Source of the DNA: a virus
Taxonomy: Duplodnaviria; Caudoviricetes
Length of the DNA: 50,770 nucleotides
Virus record (IMG/VR): IMGVR_UViG_3300048839_000493
Coordinates: 1-50,770 of that record
Strand: one strand, 5' to 3'
Positions 29,130 to 37,557 of the stretch are shown one piece after another. Made by a program: the position numbers and the translations under genes. The first letter of the stretch is position 1; every line of letters starts with the position of its first letter. The notes under the pieces were generated by a model, which saw only the letters and a program-made list of their open reading frames with translations, was not told the DNA's origin and searched no databases.

Positions 29130-29315
29130 CTTTTGTTTTCCTTTTTTTGTCAAGAATCTGGGTCATCTCTCCGTCCACACCGCTACGAGCACAATGCACG
29201 CTCCATGCACAAGCCCAAGCAGATAGGCCATTGTCGTATTTTTAAGCATCAGCAAAAACGGCAACCACGACGAGCGCCATGGATATAACGATGAGCCATG
29301 CTGTTGGTTTGTGGA

Positions 29316-29576
29316 TCATCTCAACCACCCATCATTCAGGTGTTCAATCAGCTCATCCCGTGTCATCTTCTTGATTGACCTGTTGCCCTTATTTATGATG
29401 ATTGTGATTGCAACGAAAAACAAAAGCGCGTCCAGGCAGAACGATTGCCCGATCAATTTGTAGTTGAGATAAAAAGCTGACAAGATGCACGAGAAAGTGA
29501 ATACATCTGAGACAATGGATTCAAAAAGTGTCTCGTGCAGGACAATTATTTTTCGTGGTTCGTTTTCTGTGTTCAT
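29316..29576 (-). CDS. Two-TM membrane protein
   Basis: ET..ESIVSD.FTF followed by two hydrophobic helices. Confidence 0.55.
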   Translation of the reverse strand: MNTENEPRKIIVLHETLFESIVSDVFTFSCILSAFYLNYKLIGQSFCLDALLFFVAITIIINKGNRSIKKMTRDELIEHLNDGWLR

Positions 29577-29697
29577 CTCATCCCCTCCATCCATCTATTC
29601 AACGCCACCATCAACCGCCGCGCACACGCAATCCACGCATGCGGCCACGGCAGGTCCATCGCGCAGAGTTCGCGGGCTCTATCGCGGGGCCAGGGGG

Positions 29698-30306
29698 TCA
29701 TCTCGTCACCTTTGCAAACTCGATGACCCACACCCACGGATTCGAGTCCCACGGGGCGCGGTCGAGGTTGATTTCATCCCACAAAAACGAGAACGCCGGT
29801 TTGTATATGCACCCTGTTTTGGCCGCAAGATGCCCTGCAAGACTGCCATCATTGATGGTGATTGGGTCTACGCCTTCGGCCTTTGCGTCTTTCTCGGAAA
29901 TCTCTTGCAACCGCTCAACCCTGACGTTGGTGATGCGGAGCCAGATCCGAGCGGCCTTTTTCGTCATAAACCATGGGGACCGCCATTTGTCCGTTGGTTT
30001 GCCGTATTCTCTCTCTCGCTTGTCCCCATCAGCCCGGTACAGGTATCCACCTGTTGCGGTTCCAAATTCTGTTTCATAGGCCCACACCTCTCGCACCCAA
30101 AGCCGATCACCTGGCTGGCCGTATGGGCAATCTTTTTGTGAAAGAAAACGCCCATCCTTGATTGGATCACGAGTGACCCCATTGAGATGAACAACCGGCA
30201 GTTCTCCATCCGGCTGTGGCTTCACGATCCGTCTCGTCTGCGTCTTTCGGCAATCGAGAATTGCGCGGACCATTGGTGTGCTGAAAATTATTGGGCTTTC
30301 CTTCAT
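29698..30306 (-). CDS. ASCH/PUA-like phage protein
   Basis: PIIFS..MVRAIL..RKTQTRR, CPYGQPGDRLWVRE, VERLQEISE.DA.AEG and WDSNPWVWVIEF. Confidence 0.85.
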   Translation of the reverse strand: MKESPIIFSTPMVRAILDCRKTQTRRIVKPQPDGELPVVHLNGVTRDPIKDGRFLSQKDCPYGQPGDRLWVREVWAYETEFGTATGGYLYRADGDKREREYGKPTDKWRSPWFMTKKAARIWLRITNVRVERLQEISEKDAKAEGVDPITINDGSLAGHLAAKTGCIYKPAFSFLWDEINLDRAPWDSNPWVWVIEFAKVTR

Positions 30307-30476
30307 GATTTCCCTCCCTCATGCGCCGCCCGGCGGCATTCAACAACCCAAGTCTCGTCTCGTGGCACAGCATATTCTTCGTCGTCAATGTCAACGATTG
30401 CCCAAGTTTTCGTTGCGGCAATCAAAAAACCCTCGCCGAAATCACAGCCGATTTTTTCTCCGATTTTGACTTTCAT
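30303..30476 (-). CDS. Small hypothetical protein
   Basis: MKVKIGEKIG...WVVECRRAAHEGGKS; ATGA-coupled at both ends. Confidence 0.5.
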   Translation of the reverse strand: MKVKIGEKIGCDFGEGFLIAATKTWAIVDIDDEEYAVPRDETWVVECRRAAHEGGKS

Positions 30477-30676
30477 ATCTCTATCTCCACATTTTCAAAT
30501 TTTTGTTCAAACTCATACAACTCTCTGACAAATTGTCGGGGATAATCTCCAGCTTTTTTATATAAAACCATGGCCCTTCCGCTATTGGCATTTGTAGCGT
30601 CTGTTACAATGTCCTGAACAATGTAAAAATCTCCTGTCTTTTTATTTCTCGCTACCGAGTCGATTTTAATCTTCAT
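30473..30676 (-). CDS. DUF1653-like protein
   Basis: KTG..Y.V....TDATN.....MVLY.......FVRE..EF..KF. Confidence 0.7.
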   Translation of the reverse strand: MKIKIDSVARNKKTGDFYIVQDIVTDATNANSGRAMVLYKKAGDYPRQFVRELYEFEQKFENVEIEI

Positions 30677-30849
30677 TCCTTCCACTCCCATTCCATTTCT
30701 ATGGTTTCCGTCCGCTCGATCTTGACCAGGGCGCAGGGCATTCCGTGGTTTAGGCATGTCTGGAAAAGCTCCCTGGCTTCACGCTCGGTCGGAACGGATA
30801 TAACGCGCTTGCCGACCCTGGAATCCCATCTAACCTCGTATTCAATCAT
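30673..30849 (-). CDS. Small hypothetical protein
   Basis: ATGA-coupled chain of mini-genes. Confidence 0.5.
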   Translation of the reverse strand: MIEYEVRWDSRVGKRVISVPTEREARELFQTCLNHGMPCALVKIERTETIEMEWEWKE

Positions 30850-31031
30850 TGCTTTTCTCCCCCATGCGCCGCCCGGTGGCACTCGGCCCATCGTTCGGCT
30901 TCGTTGGTCTCATCGTTGAAACAACACATCAACACACACGCAATGGACCCTACCTTGGTTTCGTCGTCACGGTGGGGACAAAGCGTGACCGAGACGCCAC
31001 CATCACAGACGGTCTCATAGTAAATTTTCAT
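30846..31031 (-). CDS. Small Cys-rich protein
   Basis: CPH....KVGS.AC..MCC; coupled to neighbours. Confidence 0.5.
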   Translation of the reverse strand: MKIYYETVCDGGVSVTLCPHRDDETKVGSIACVLMCCFNDETNEAERWAECHRAAHGGEKQ

Positions 31032-31297
31032 TGCACGTTACCATCCTCCATCATCTTCCGGTAAGCAATCCCCCGGAGATCCTCGATAAGCTGCCGGATC
31101 TCGGACTCGGTCATCGTTGCGGCAATGTGCGCCTTGATTTCTTCAAGCGTTTGCATCCTGGCTCCTGCATACCAAATACTCACCTAAAACCTTTCCTGCC
31201 ACGGCACACCGCTTACACTCCGGCGAGCCGACCTTGACCGGGGTCCGGGGGTGGGACTTGGGGCAGCGGGTGCCGACGAGGCGAAGGGTGTAGCGCT

Positions 31298-31621
31298 TCA
31301 TTTCTTCGCCTCCTCGATCATGCTCTTGAGTTTCACATCCAGCAGTTCAACAAAATTGGCCGGGATCTCGCCTTTCGTTATTGCAGGGACCGTGAGCATA
31401 GCAATGGCGGTTTTGGTACTGGGGGTTATTGCCTCCAACACTGCGCAAATAACAACTATGGTGAAACTAATTATAGATAATTTTTTGGCAAATTCACATT
31501 CTTCAATTTTCCAAAATAGTATTAAAAAAGTCGTGGCCATGACCCCGAGAATAATAACTCCAAAGAAAATGCCATTTAATTTATCCAATTGCATGATTAG
31601 ATACACCTGAAATGTTGTCAT
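31298..31621 (-). CDS. Two-TM membrane protein
   Basis: YLIMQLD, two hydrophobic helices, and PSTKTAIAM..VP. Confidence 0.65.
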   Translation of the reverse strand: MTTFQVYLIMQLDKLNGIFFGVIILGVMATTFLILFWKIEECEFAKKLSIISFTIVVICAVLEAITPSTKTAIAMLTVPAITKGEIPANFVELLDVKLKSMIEEAKK

Positions 31622-31962
31622 TCTTTTTCCTCCAGAATCGCAATGATGCGTTTGAGTTTGTCTGTTGTTATTTGTTCCCACTTTGCAGATTCAATTTTCC
31701 TGACAAAGATGCGCCTTTTGTGTTCTTCTCGAATGTGCTCTTTGTCTCCGGGGATCAGTTGTCTCAAGTACGGTTTGTGGAAGCCATAAGCGCCAACCTT
31801 CGTCCCTGAACTACGTGTAAATTTGTCGCCGTTTTTGAGTTGCAGTTGTGTCTTGAGAACCCTATTAATTGTTGCAATATACCTGGGTTCTGATCTATAC
31901 CCATGGGACTCAACAACCACATCATCCCCAACCTTCAGTTCTTGAAGCCAGTTTTCAGCCAT
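31618..31962 (-). CDS. Hypothetical protein (SH3-like N-terminus)
   Basis: WLQELKVGDDVVV...KTQ...KF.R.SG; RBS AAGGAG. Confidence 0.6.
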   Translation of the reverse strand: MAENWLQELKVGDDVVVESHGYRSEPRYIATINRVLKTQLQLKNGDKFTRSSGTKVGAYGFHKPYLRQLIPGDKEHIREEHKRRIFVRKIESAKWEQITTDKLKRIIAILEEKE

Positions 31963-32074
31963 TGGAAAACATCTCCTTTTTGATGACACTGTTCGCATAA
32001 AAACACGATCCTCTTATACAGCGTCGCGTCCCGGATCTCACCCAGGTAGCGGCCACAGGCGGCGCAGTGGATTT

Positions 32075-32353
32075 TCACGCTTCCATGCCCTCCAGTTTTG
32101 CGAGGTCATTTTTCAGGCTTTCGAGTCTTTTGTAGGCGCGATCAATCATCTCCCCTTGTGCCATAATCAAAGCCGTTTTCGCATCCTCGAACGAGTCGAA
32201 AAAAGAAACATACTCTGACTTTTTAGCGTAGCGTTTCCCATCAATCCACACAGACGGGCCGGTCTCCCTGTCTGCTTCTACGCAGGTTATGGTTTTGCTC
32301 CATGTCTGCCAGTTGGTGTAATGTGTTGTCACCTGTGCTCTATATTTTTTCAT
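32075..32353 (-). CDS. Hypothetical protein
   Basis: RET..SVWI...K.S....FFDSFEDAK pattern common in phage accessory genes. Confidence 0.6.
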   Translation of the reverse strand: MKKYRAQVTTHYTNWQTWSKTITCVEADRETGPSVWIDGKRYAKKSEYVSFFDSFEDAKTALIMAQGEMIDRAYKRLESLKNDLAKLEGMEA

Positions 32354-32792
32354 GCTGTGTTTCCTCCATAAAAAGTTTATACTCTCGGTCCGCAATCTCA
32401 TAGAGATTGTACCGGGTAAGCGATGCGTCAAACGCCTTCAGGAGCCATGTCAAGCGCTTCACGACAGATCCGGACGTCTTGGTCTTATCCAACCCGGCCA
32501 TGAGGAAGGCGAGACACGTTTCCAGGTGATGTTTCCCGTCCATCCAGCCGTGGCTGTCGATCTTGGCATATGCCTTGTTTATCTGGCGCAGTTTGGACTT
32601 GTCGATGGTGGTCTTGTACTTTGCAGCCATCTCCTGGCAGGATTCCAGGAGTTTGAGTGTCCTCCAGCGGACGGTGGCCCCGTGGTTTCCATTGAGAGTG
32701 TCATCCCCTGGGTCATCGCACTTGTTGATGATCGCCACGCAGACGGCCATGGTGTAGGCAAGGAATGCGTTGACTTTGATGGATGCAGTCAC
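32340..32792 (-). CDS. Hypothetical protein
   Basis: GTG start after GGAGGTGG; coupled to neighbours. Confidence 0.5.
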   Translation of the reverse strand: MTASIKVNAFLAYTMAVCVAIINKCDDPGDDTLNGNHGATVRWRTLKLLESCQEMAAKYKTTIDKSKLRQINKAYAKIDSHGWMDGKHHLETCLAFLMAGLDKTKTSGSVVKRLTWLLKAFDASLTRYNLYEIADREYKLFMEETQHEKI

Positions 32793-33256
32793 GCCACCAC
32801 CTCCGCAGTGTCCCACACGTCCGAGGCGCCGATGTGGTCGAGGATGTCCAGGGCAACCGGCTGATACCGGATACACCCCTTGCAGCCGTGTTTTTTCAAA
32901 TGGTCCTCCCTGCGAAACAGGCAGTACATGCGCCAATGACAGTCAGGATGGCTCTCAGGTAGAGGCTTCTGGTATTCTATTCCCCGCTTGCTGTTGTTGC
33001 GCTTGCGGCGGGGGTTCGACGAGTCCCATTCTACCCGAATGCGCTTTGCAACGATGGGTCTGCACTTGGAGCAGTACCGGACGTTGTGCTTGCCCTTCTT
33101 GACATCGAAGGTTATGCCGCACTCGTCGCAAGCCATGGTGTACCCTGCAATGCCCGATTGGAGCATACAAACGGGGCAAATCCTACGGGCCGAGCCGATT
33201 TCGGGGGCGGGGCCTGGATGGGAGTGGCCGCAGGTGTAGATGGTGTATTTGATCAT
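32789..33256 (-). CDS. Multi-zinc-finger protein
   Basis: Several CxxC pairs (CPVC, CDECG, YCSKC, CKGC). Confidence 0.55.
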   Translation of the reverse strand: MIKYTIYTCGHSHPGPAPEIGSARRICPVCMLQSGIAGYTMACDECGITFDVKKGKHNVRYCSKCRPIVAKRIRVEWDSSNPRRKRNNSKRGIEYQKPLPESHPDCHWRMYCLFRREDHLKKHGCKGCIRYQPVALDILDHIGASDVWDTAEVVA

Positions 33257-33600
33257 TTGTCCCTCCATTCCAGCAACTCTCCCAAGTTCTCGAACACCGG
33301 GATACCAAGCTCTTTTGCCCGGGCGATCTCGGCAAGTGTCCCCTTGCTCGATTCCCAGCCGGGAACCAGAAAAACGGCATCGGATACTTCGAGCCATGCA
33401 AGGGAGTACTGGTAGAATTGATCGACGGTTAGCGTGGTATCTGGGCATTCAATGGCAAAGGACTTATCATGCCACGGGCAAAAGGGGGCCATGTCCAAGA
33501 GGAAAACATTCGCCGCTATTCGTTCTCCCCTGCCGATGTTTTGCAGGACCGTAAGGACATCAGGGCCGCTGTATGGGCCGGCGATATAGACTCGTTTCAT
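33253..33600 (-). CDS. DUF4406 / nucleoside deoxyribosyltransferase-like protein
   Basis: VYIAGPYS, PFCPW, SDAVFLVPGWE.SKG..AE...A.ELGIPVF. Confidence 0.8.
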   Translation of the reverse strand: MKRVYIAGPYSGPDVLTVLQNIGRGERIAANVFLLDMAPFCPWHDKSFAIECPDTTLTVDQFYQYSLAWLEVSDAVFLVPGWESSKGTLAEIARAKELGIPVFENLGELLEWRDK

Positions 33601-34823
33601 TTTCGCATCCATTTTTCTTTTTTCCATTGTTCTTTCCTTCTTCTCATAAGCTCCAAATATTTTTGGTATGCTTCGTTTTTATGTTGAGAAAAGCCAAGTC
33701 CCTTACACCAATAATCATTTCTAAGTAAAGATTTACATACTCTTCTCCACGATGGAACGTCTCTTTTCATCTCAAGGTTTTCTTCGGCCTCATCAGGAAT
33801 TCCGTTAGGATAACCACGCTCTATCCACCACTTCTGGAATAATATTATTTTATTTTCAAAGTGCTCTTTGGTTTTTGGCGGCATAGACGATAAGAGCAGT
33901 TTAGCAAAAGATTCCCATGTATGATTACCAGGTTTAGTTATCTTGTTGTATCCATTGATATTACCGTTTTCTTGTATATATAGTGCCCCGGAGTTTGCTC
34001 CAGAAACACGGGCTACTATTTTTGCCCATGTTTCTGGTTCAATGAGATGAAAAAGCCAAAGCCCTCTGCGCTGATCATCACCGTAGGGTTGACATATACG
34101 TTGATTGCTTAATTTTACGCCAGCCATTTGCATATAGTCATAAAGTTTATTGTATTCTTTATCCCTATTTTTACCATGATATGCCCAAATATCTTGGGTC
34201 CTCCAGTCATAGATTGGATAAACATTATAAACATGATCTGTAACCTTTGTTGTCCACTGTTTTCCGTCATATGTTGTTTTTTTCGCACTTGCTATTGTTC
34301 TGAAACGATTCAAGCTCTCATCTGATCGTATCCCAACGAGACAAGCGCAATTTTCAAATTTAGCATACCACTCTCCGAACAGCGGAACAAATTCTTCAAA
34401 TTCCATATCTTTATAAAAAAAATCAAAATAAGATTCGTCATGGATAGCCTGGGTGGGCAATTCGCGTATCCAGTCTGATTTCTTATTGTCGTCCCATGGT
34501 GTCCACTTTGGTTCATAGACAGAAACTGCATTTCTAAGGGCAATTGGAAGGCAAACCCAATACAGGTCTATAATATTTTTATACTTAGCGAACATTGTGT
34601 TTGCGTGGTTTATTGTAAGTTTGTATTGTCCCTCAAGGTCAACAAGCAAGACACCAAATTTTCTATTTCTTTTTATTGCTTCATCAGCAACAAGGTGGAA
34701 CATAACAGTTGAATCTTTGCCAGCCGAAAAAGAAATATAAATTTTTTCAAACTCATCAAAGACAAAAGATATTCTCTGCCTTGCTGCGTCTAAAACATTT
34801 ATCCCTAATCCACGCTTTGACAA
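33597..34823 (-). CDS. ibrA: IbrA-like PAPS-reductase-family protein (DUF3440)
   Basis: PP-loop SFSAGKDS, DLEGQY, VGIRSDESLNR, YPIYDW...DIW, QRICQPYGDDQR and SWRR.CK..LRNDYWC. Confidence 0.85.
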   Translation of the reverse strand: MSKRGLGINVLDAARQRISFVFDEFEKIYISFSAGKDSTVMFHLVADEAIKRNRKFGVLLVDLEGQYKLTINHANTMFAKYKNIIDLYWVCLPIALRNAVSVYEPKWTPWDDNKKSDWIRELPTQAIHDESYFDFFYKDMEFEEFVPLFGEWYAKFENCACLVGIRSDESLNRFRTIASAKKTTYDGKQWTTKVTDHVYNVYPIYDWRTQDIWAYHGKNRDKEYNKLYDYMQMAGVKLSNQRICQPYGDDQRRGLWLFHLIEPETWAKIVARVSGANSGALYIQENGNINGYNKITKPGNHTWESFAKLLLSSMPPKTKEHFENKIILFQKWWIERGYPNGIPDEAEENLEMKRDVPSWRRVCKSLLRNDYWCKGLGFSQHKNEAYQKYLELMRRRKEQWKKEKWMRK

Positions 34824-35203
34824 TTTTCATACTCCCATTTTTCGATGGCTTTATCTGCCATTGCGTTAGCGTTTATTTGCTGTTGCTCTGTCAACCTTGA
34901 CCAAGCGAATCTGACTATATCCTCAGGGCAATTAAAGGCATAAGCGCAAGCCGCGTGACCTATCCATGCCCTTCTGTTTTGAGTAATATTTGAAAGATTG
35001 TGTTCACATGAATATTTCCAATCCTTCACAACCCTCATCATCCACTTGCCATACAATTCGTGATCAGAAGTAAACATAACCGCCATCTCTATCCAAATTC
35101 TACGTTCGTTTACTTGCCCCCACATATTATACCTTGATTCTTCCCAAAGGTGCCATGGGTGATAAATTCTTTTAATCGATCGACTCAATGTTGTCATCCT
35201 CAC
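34805..35203 (-). CDS. Trp/Cys-rich protein between ibrB and ibrA
   Basis: RIYHPW..WEE...MW...WKYSCEHNL....NRRAWIGHAAC; overlaps both neighbours; exact start uncertain. Confidence 0.7.
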   Translation of the reverse strand: MRMTTLSRSIKRIYHPWHLWEESRYNMWGQVNERRIWIEMAVMFTSDHELYGKWMMRVVKDWKYSCEHNLSNITQNRRAWIGHAACAYAFNCPEDIVRFAWSRLTEQQQINANAMADKAIEKWEYENCQSVD

Positions 35204-35825
35204 TTGTTAAAAGTTCGGCTTCCCATGCCTCTGAAAATTCATGGTCTGCAAACATGTCGGCAAGGCCAGCTATCTGTTTAAGTCGCAAAATTTCATCTTG
35301 ATCCATTCCCAACTCAATAGCTATTTTTTTATCTGACCAATTTCTTCTTTTCAACTCAAGAACTATCTCTGACATGGAATCTACCTTGTGTTTCCCTCGC
35401 GCCCTATTGTGTCTTATCGTTGACGCAATGCGGTCGCACCTACCTTGCTGACTGTCTCTGATTGTAACAACAGGAAGATACCCATTGAGCCTTTCTACAA
35501 CGTCTTTGCACTCCTTCCCAACCCTATTTCTATGAAATCCGTCTATGACTTCGTGGTTTCCAATTTCATCGAGCATTGCAACTATTGGTTGTGTATAACC
35601 ATCAGTTATTATTGAATGCCTCAATAATTCCATTTCGGGTGGCGCAACTGCGTTTGGGTTGTAGTCATTGGCATAAACAGATTTGTTTCTAACCCACAAA
35701 ACGCAATCGACCGGCTCATTTTTAAATGGGCTTATATTGTGAAGCGCAATTTTAATTTCGTTAATTGCTTTTATCTTTTCATCAATTTGCATATGCTCTA
35801 AACGATTCAGTATTTGGTCAATCAT
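35172..35825 (-). CDS. ibrB: IbrB-like ParB/sulfiredoxin-domain protein
   Basis: EPVDCVLWV, ANDYNPN.VAPPEM.LL, DGYTQPIV, IDGFHR and STIRHNRARGKH; GGAGG before ATG 35825. Confidence 0.88.
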   Translation of the reverse strand: MIDQILNRLEHMQIDEKIKAINEIKIALHNISPFKNEPVDCVLWVRNKSVYANDYNPNAVAPPEMELLRHSIITDGYTQPIVAMLDEIGNHEVIDGFHRNRVGKECKDVVERLNGYLPVVTIRDSQQGRCDRIASTIRHNRARGKHKVDSMSEIVLELKRRNWSDKKIAIELGMDQDEILRLKQIAGLADMFADHEFSEAWEAELLTSEDDNIESID

Positions 35826-35904
35826 AAAATCCTCCAATTGAAAATTTGATGGTTTGTAAAATACAGTTATAAGATATACACGTTTTTCAAGTCAATGCTA
35901 TACC

Positions 35905-36249
35905 TCATGCCGCCCTCCCGTACCGCCTACACTCCCGCCGGCCAGCATACCGCCGTCTCCGGATATCAAGGCGCTTCCATGTGTGCCTGACCTCCGGGCC
36001 TCGCCAGACCGTAACCAGGGTTTGCGAACAGAACACCCAGGTGTGGCCGAGGTACAGGCAAGCGTTGTTTGCGGTCCCCTTGCGCCGGTAGACGCGTTTC
36101 AGATATTTTCGGGTCCAGCCGGTAGAGTCAACGAATCTGACTCCCAGGGCGAAGGCTTCGTCAGCAACTCCCTGAACGGTCTTGCCCATGCGGCGGGGTC
36201 GGACTCGCTGGCTGACTCGCCGGGCCGCGTGGTCGGTGACTTGGGTCAT
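35905..36249 (-). CDS. Basic hypothetical protein with TDHAxxRxxQR motif
   Basis: VTDHAARRVSQR...WVF....LVTV, a pattern seen in small RelE/DUF4258-like folds. Confidence 0.5.
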   Translation of the reverse strand: MTQVTDHAARRVSQRVRPRRMGKTVQGVADEAFALGVRFVDSTGWTRKYLKRVYRRKGTANNACLYLGHTWVFCSQTLVTVWRGPEVRHTWKRLDIRRRRYAGRRECRRYGRAA

Positions 36250-36332
36250 CGAGGCACCTCCAGCAGCACGGCACGACCGTTGACGATGATCCACATAACA
36301 TACGATGGGAACGGACAGCGGGCGGGGATCAT
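36246..36332 (-). CDS. 28-aa mini-ORF, copy 2
   Basis: MIPARCPFPSYVMWIIVNGRAVLLEVPR; GGAGGTG RBS; ATGA coupling at both ends. Confidence 0.5.
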   Translation of the reverse strand: MIPARCPFPSYVMWIIVNGRAVLLEVPR

Positions 36333-36698
36333 TCTACACCTCCATCCAGCGGCCCGTTGCCGGTGTATTCGTCCAGCAACAGGAAGATTTCTTCTTTGTT
36401 GGAGCCCTCCTGTTTGCACGGGCAGGGGTTCTTATATAACGGGTCGGGGATCACAAACCCGTGTATAAACCCGAAATATTTGATGCAGTTACCGCAGGAC
36501 CAAAAATAGGCAAGCGGATAATTATCCTCAATGTCGCTATGGGGCGTCGTTCCCATGACTAAGCCTGGACAGGTCCTATTGGATTCGCTGCATTCACCAT
36601 TCAGCCGACTCCTTACGATGCGAAGCGCTTCTATCTGTCTCTTTGTCATTTAGGCACCTCCAGCAGCACGGCACGACCGTTGACGATGATCCACATAA
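36252..36698. repeat. 47-bp perfect direct repeat (36252-36298 and 36652-36698)
   Basis: AGGCACCTCCAGCAGCACGGCACGACCGTTGACGATGATCCACATAA occurs twice, 400 bp apart. Confidence 0.95.
36329..36649 (-). CDS. Cys-rich hypothetical protein
   Basis: 106 aa with CPG, C..C and CPC; lies between the two repeat copies. Confidence 0.6.
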   Translation of the reverse strand: MTKRQIEALRIVRSRLNGECSESNRTCPGLVMGTTPHSDIEDNYPLAYFWSCGNCIKYFGFIHGFVIPDPLYKNPCPCKQEGSNKEEIFLLLDEYTGNGPLDGGVE

Positions 36699-36732
36699 AA
36701 ATGGTTGGAATTTTGCAGACGGCGGGAATCAT
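36646..36732 (-). CDS. 28-aa mini-ORF, copy 1
   Basis: MIPAVCKIPTIFMWIIVNGRAVLLEVPK; GGAGGTG RBS; ATGA coupling. Confidence 0.5.
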   Translation of the reverse strand: MIPAVCKIPTIFMWIIVNGRAVLLEVPK

Positions 36733-36908
36733 GCGACACCTCCAATCAGCGCCGCATCGATGGCACGATAGATGCGCTCGGGGAGTCCGGGCTGTTGACG
36801 CAGAATAAGGAGATCCTCGATTGCGAGGATCACGGGGAGATGGGTGGATGGATCGTAGACGGATGCCGCAGTCGTTGCGGCTTCGATAATGCTCTGGCGG
36901 GTTTTCAT
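36729..36908 (-). CDS. Small hypothetical protein
   Basis: 59 aa MKTRQSIIEAA...; ATGA-coupled on both sides. Confidence 0.5.
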   Translation of the reverse strand: MKTRQSIIEAATTAASVYDPSTHLPVILAIEDLLILRQQPGLPERIYRAIDAALIGGVA

Positions 36909-37426
36909 TCCACACCTCCCTTGCGGATCTTGGGAAGCTCACCTGCAACGACGCGATGGAATGAATTCGGATCAACAGTCTTGATGTCGATACCGGAGTG
37001 CTCAGCTATCGACTCTACGTGATAGAGCAACTGAGCCATGATTCGCATATCGGCTTTGATTTTGAGGGAACCGCACCAAAGTGGGAGACATGAGAAATCG
37101 AGGTCGGCCCCGCTGAGGTCGGCCTCGCTGAGGTTGGCCTCGCTGAGGTTGGTCCCTCTGAGGTTGGCCTCGCTGAGGTTGGTCCAGCTGAGGTTGGCCC
37201 CGCTGAGGTTGGTCCCTCTGAGGTTGGTCCCTCTGAGGTCGGCCTCGCTGAGGTTGGTCCCGCTGAGGTTGGTCCCTCTGAGGTTGGTCCCGCTGAGGTC
37301 GGCCAAGCTGAGGTTTGACTTGGTTCTCACAGCGGCCTCAACGCAAAACCTGAGCGACTCGAACATTCCAGAGTACAGGATTTTTCGGGTAAAACGATTT
37401 GGGATCTCGAACAGCTTTTTTTCCAT
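36905..37426 (-). CDS. Pentapeptide repeat protein
   Basis: About 15 (A/T)(N/D)L(S/R)x repeats encoded by a 15-bp tandem repeat (~37098-37322); LPLWCGSL C-terminal cap. Confidence 0.9.
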   Translation of the reverse strand: MEKKLFEIPNRFTRKILYSGMFESLRFCVEAAVRTKSNLSLADLSGTNLRGTNLSGTNLSEADLRGTNLRGTNLSGANLSWTNLSEANLRGTNLSEANLSEADLSGADLDFSCLPLWCGSLKIKADMRIMAQLLYHVESIAEHSGIDIKTVDPNSFHRVVAGELPKIRKGGVE

Positions 37427-37461
37427 GTGAATCTCCTTTCGGTTAACGTTTACGATGACTC

Positions 37462-37490
37462 AGTATCCCAAGAATGCGTACCCTTGTCAA
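37462..37490 (-). promoter_or_regulatory. Leftward sigma70 promoter (PL-like)
   Basis: TTGACA (37490-37485), 17 bp spacer, GATACT (37467-37462), upstream of AAGGAG and ATG 37426. Confidence 0.75.
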
Positions 37491-37522
37491 CAAAATAATT
37501 TCATAGGAGTAAATTTTTTCTC

Positions 37523-37551
37523 TTGACAAGCCCCCAGTCTTAGCATAGGAT
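37523..37551 (+). promoter_or_regulatory. Rightward sigma70 promoter, probably giving a leaderless mRNA
   Basis: TTGACA (37523-37528), 17 bp spacer, TAGGAT (37546-37551), then 6 nt to ATG 37558 with no SD. Confidence 0.7.
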
Positions 37552-37557
37552 GAAGCC

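Noticed and set aside
35172-35825. ParB as evidence for a plasmid prophage
   Set aside because: The motifs are IbrB-type, the gene is coupled to ibrA, and there is no ParA or parS array.
36252-36698. Repeat pair as DGR TR/VR or as an att site
   Set aside because: No reverse transcriptase or integrase, and the copies are identical with no adenine-specific differences.
37098-37322. Regular repeats suggesting a CRISPR array
   Set aside because: These are 15-bp in-frame coding repeats without unique spacers.
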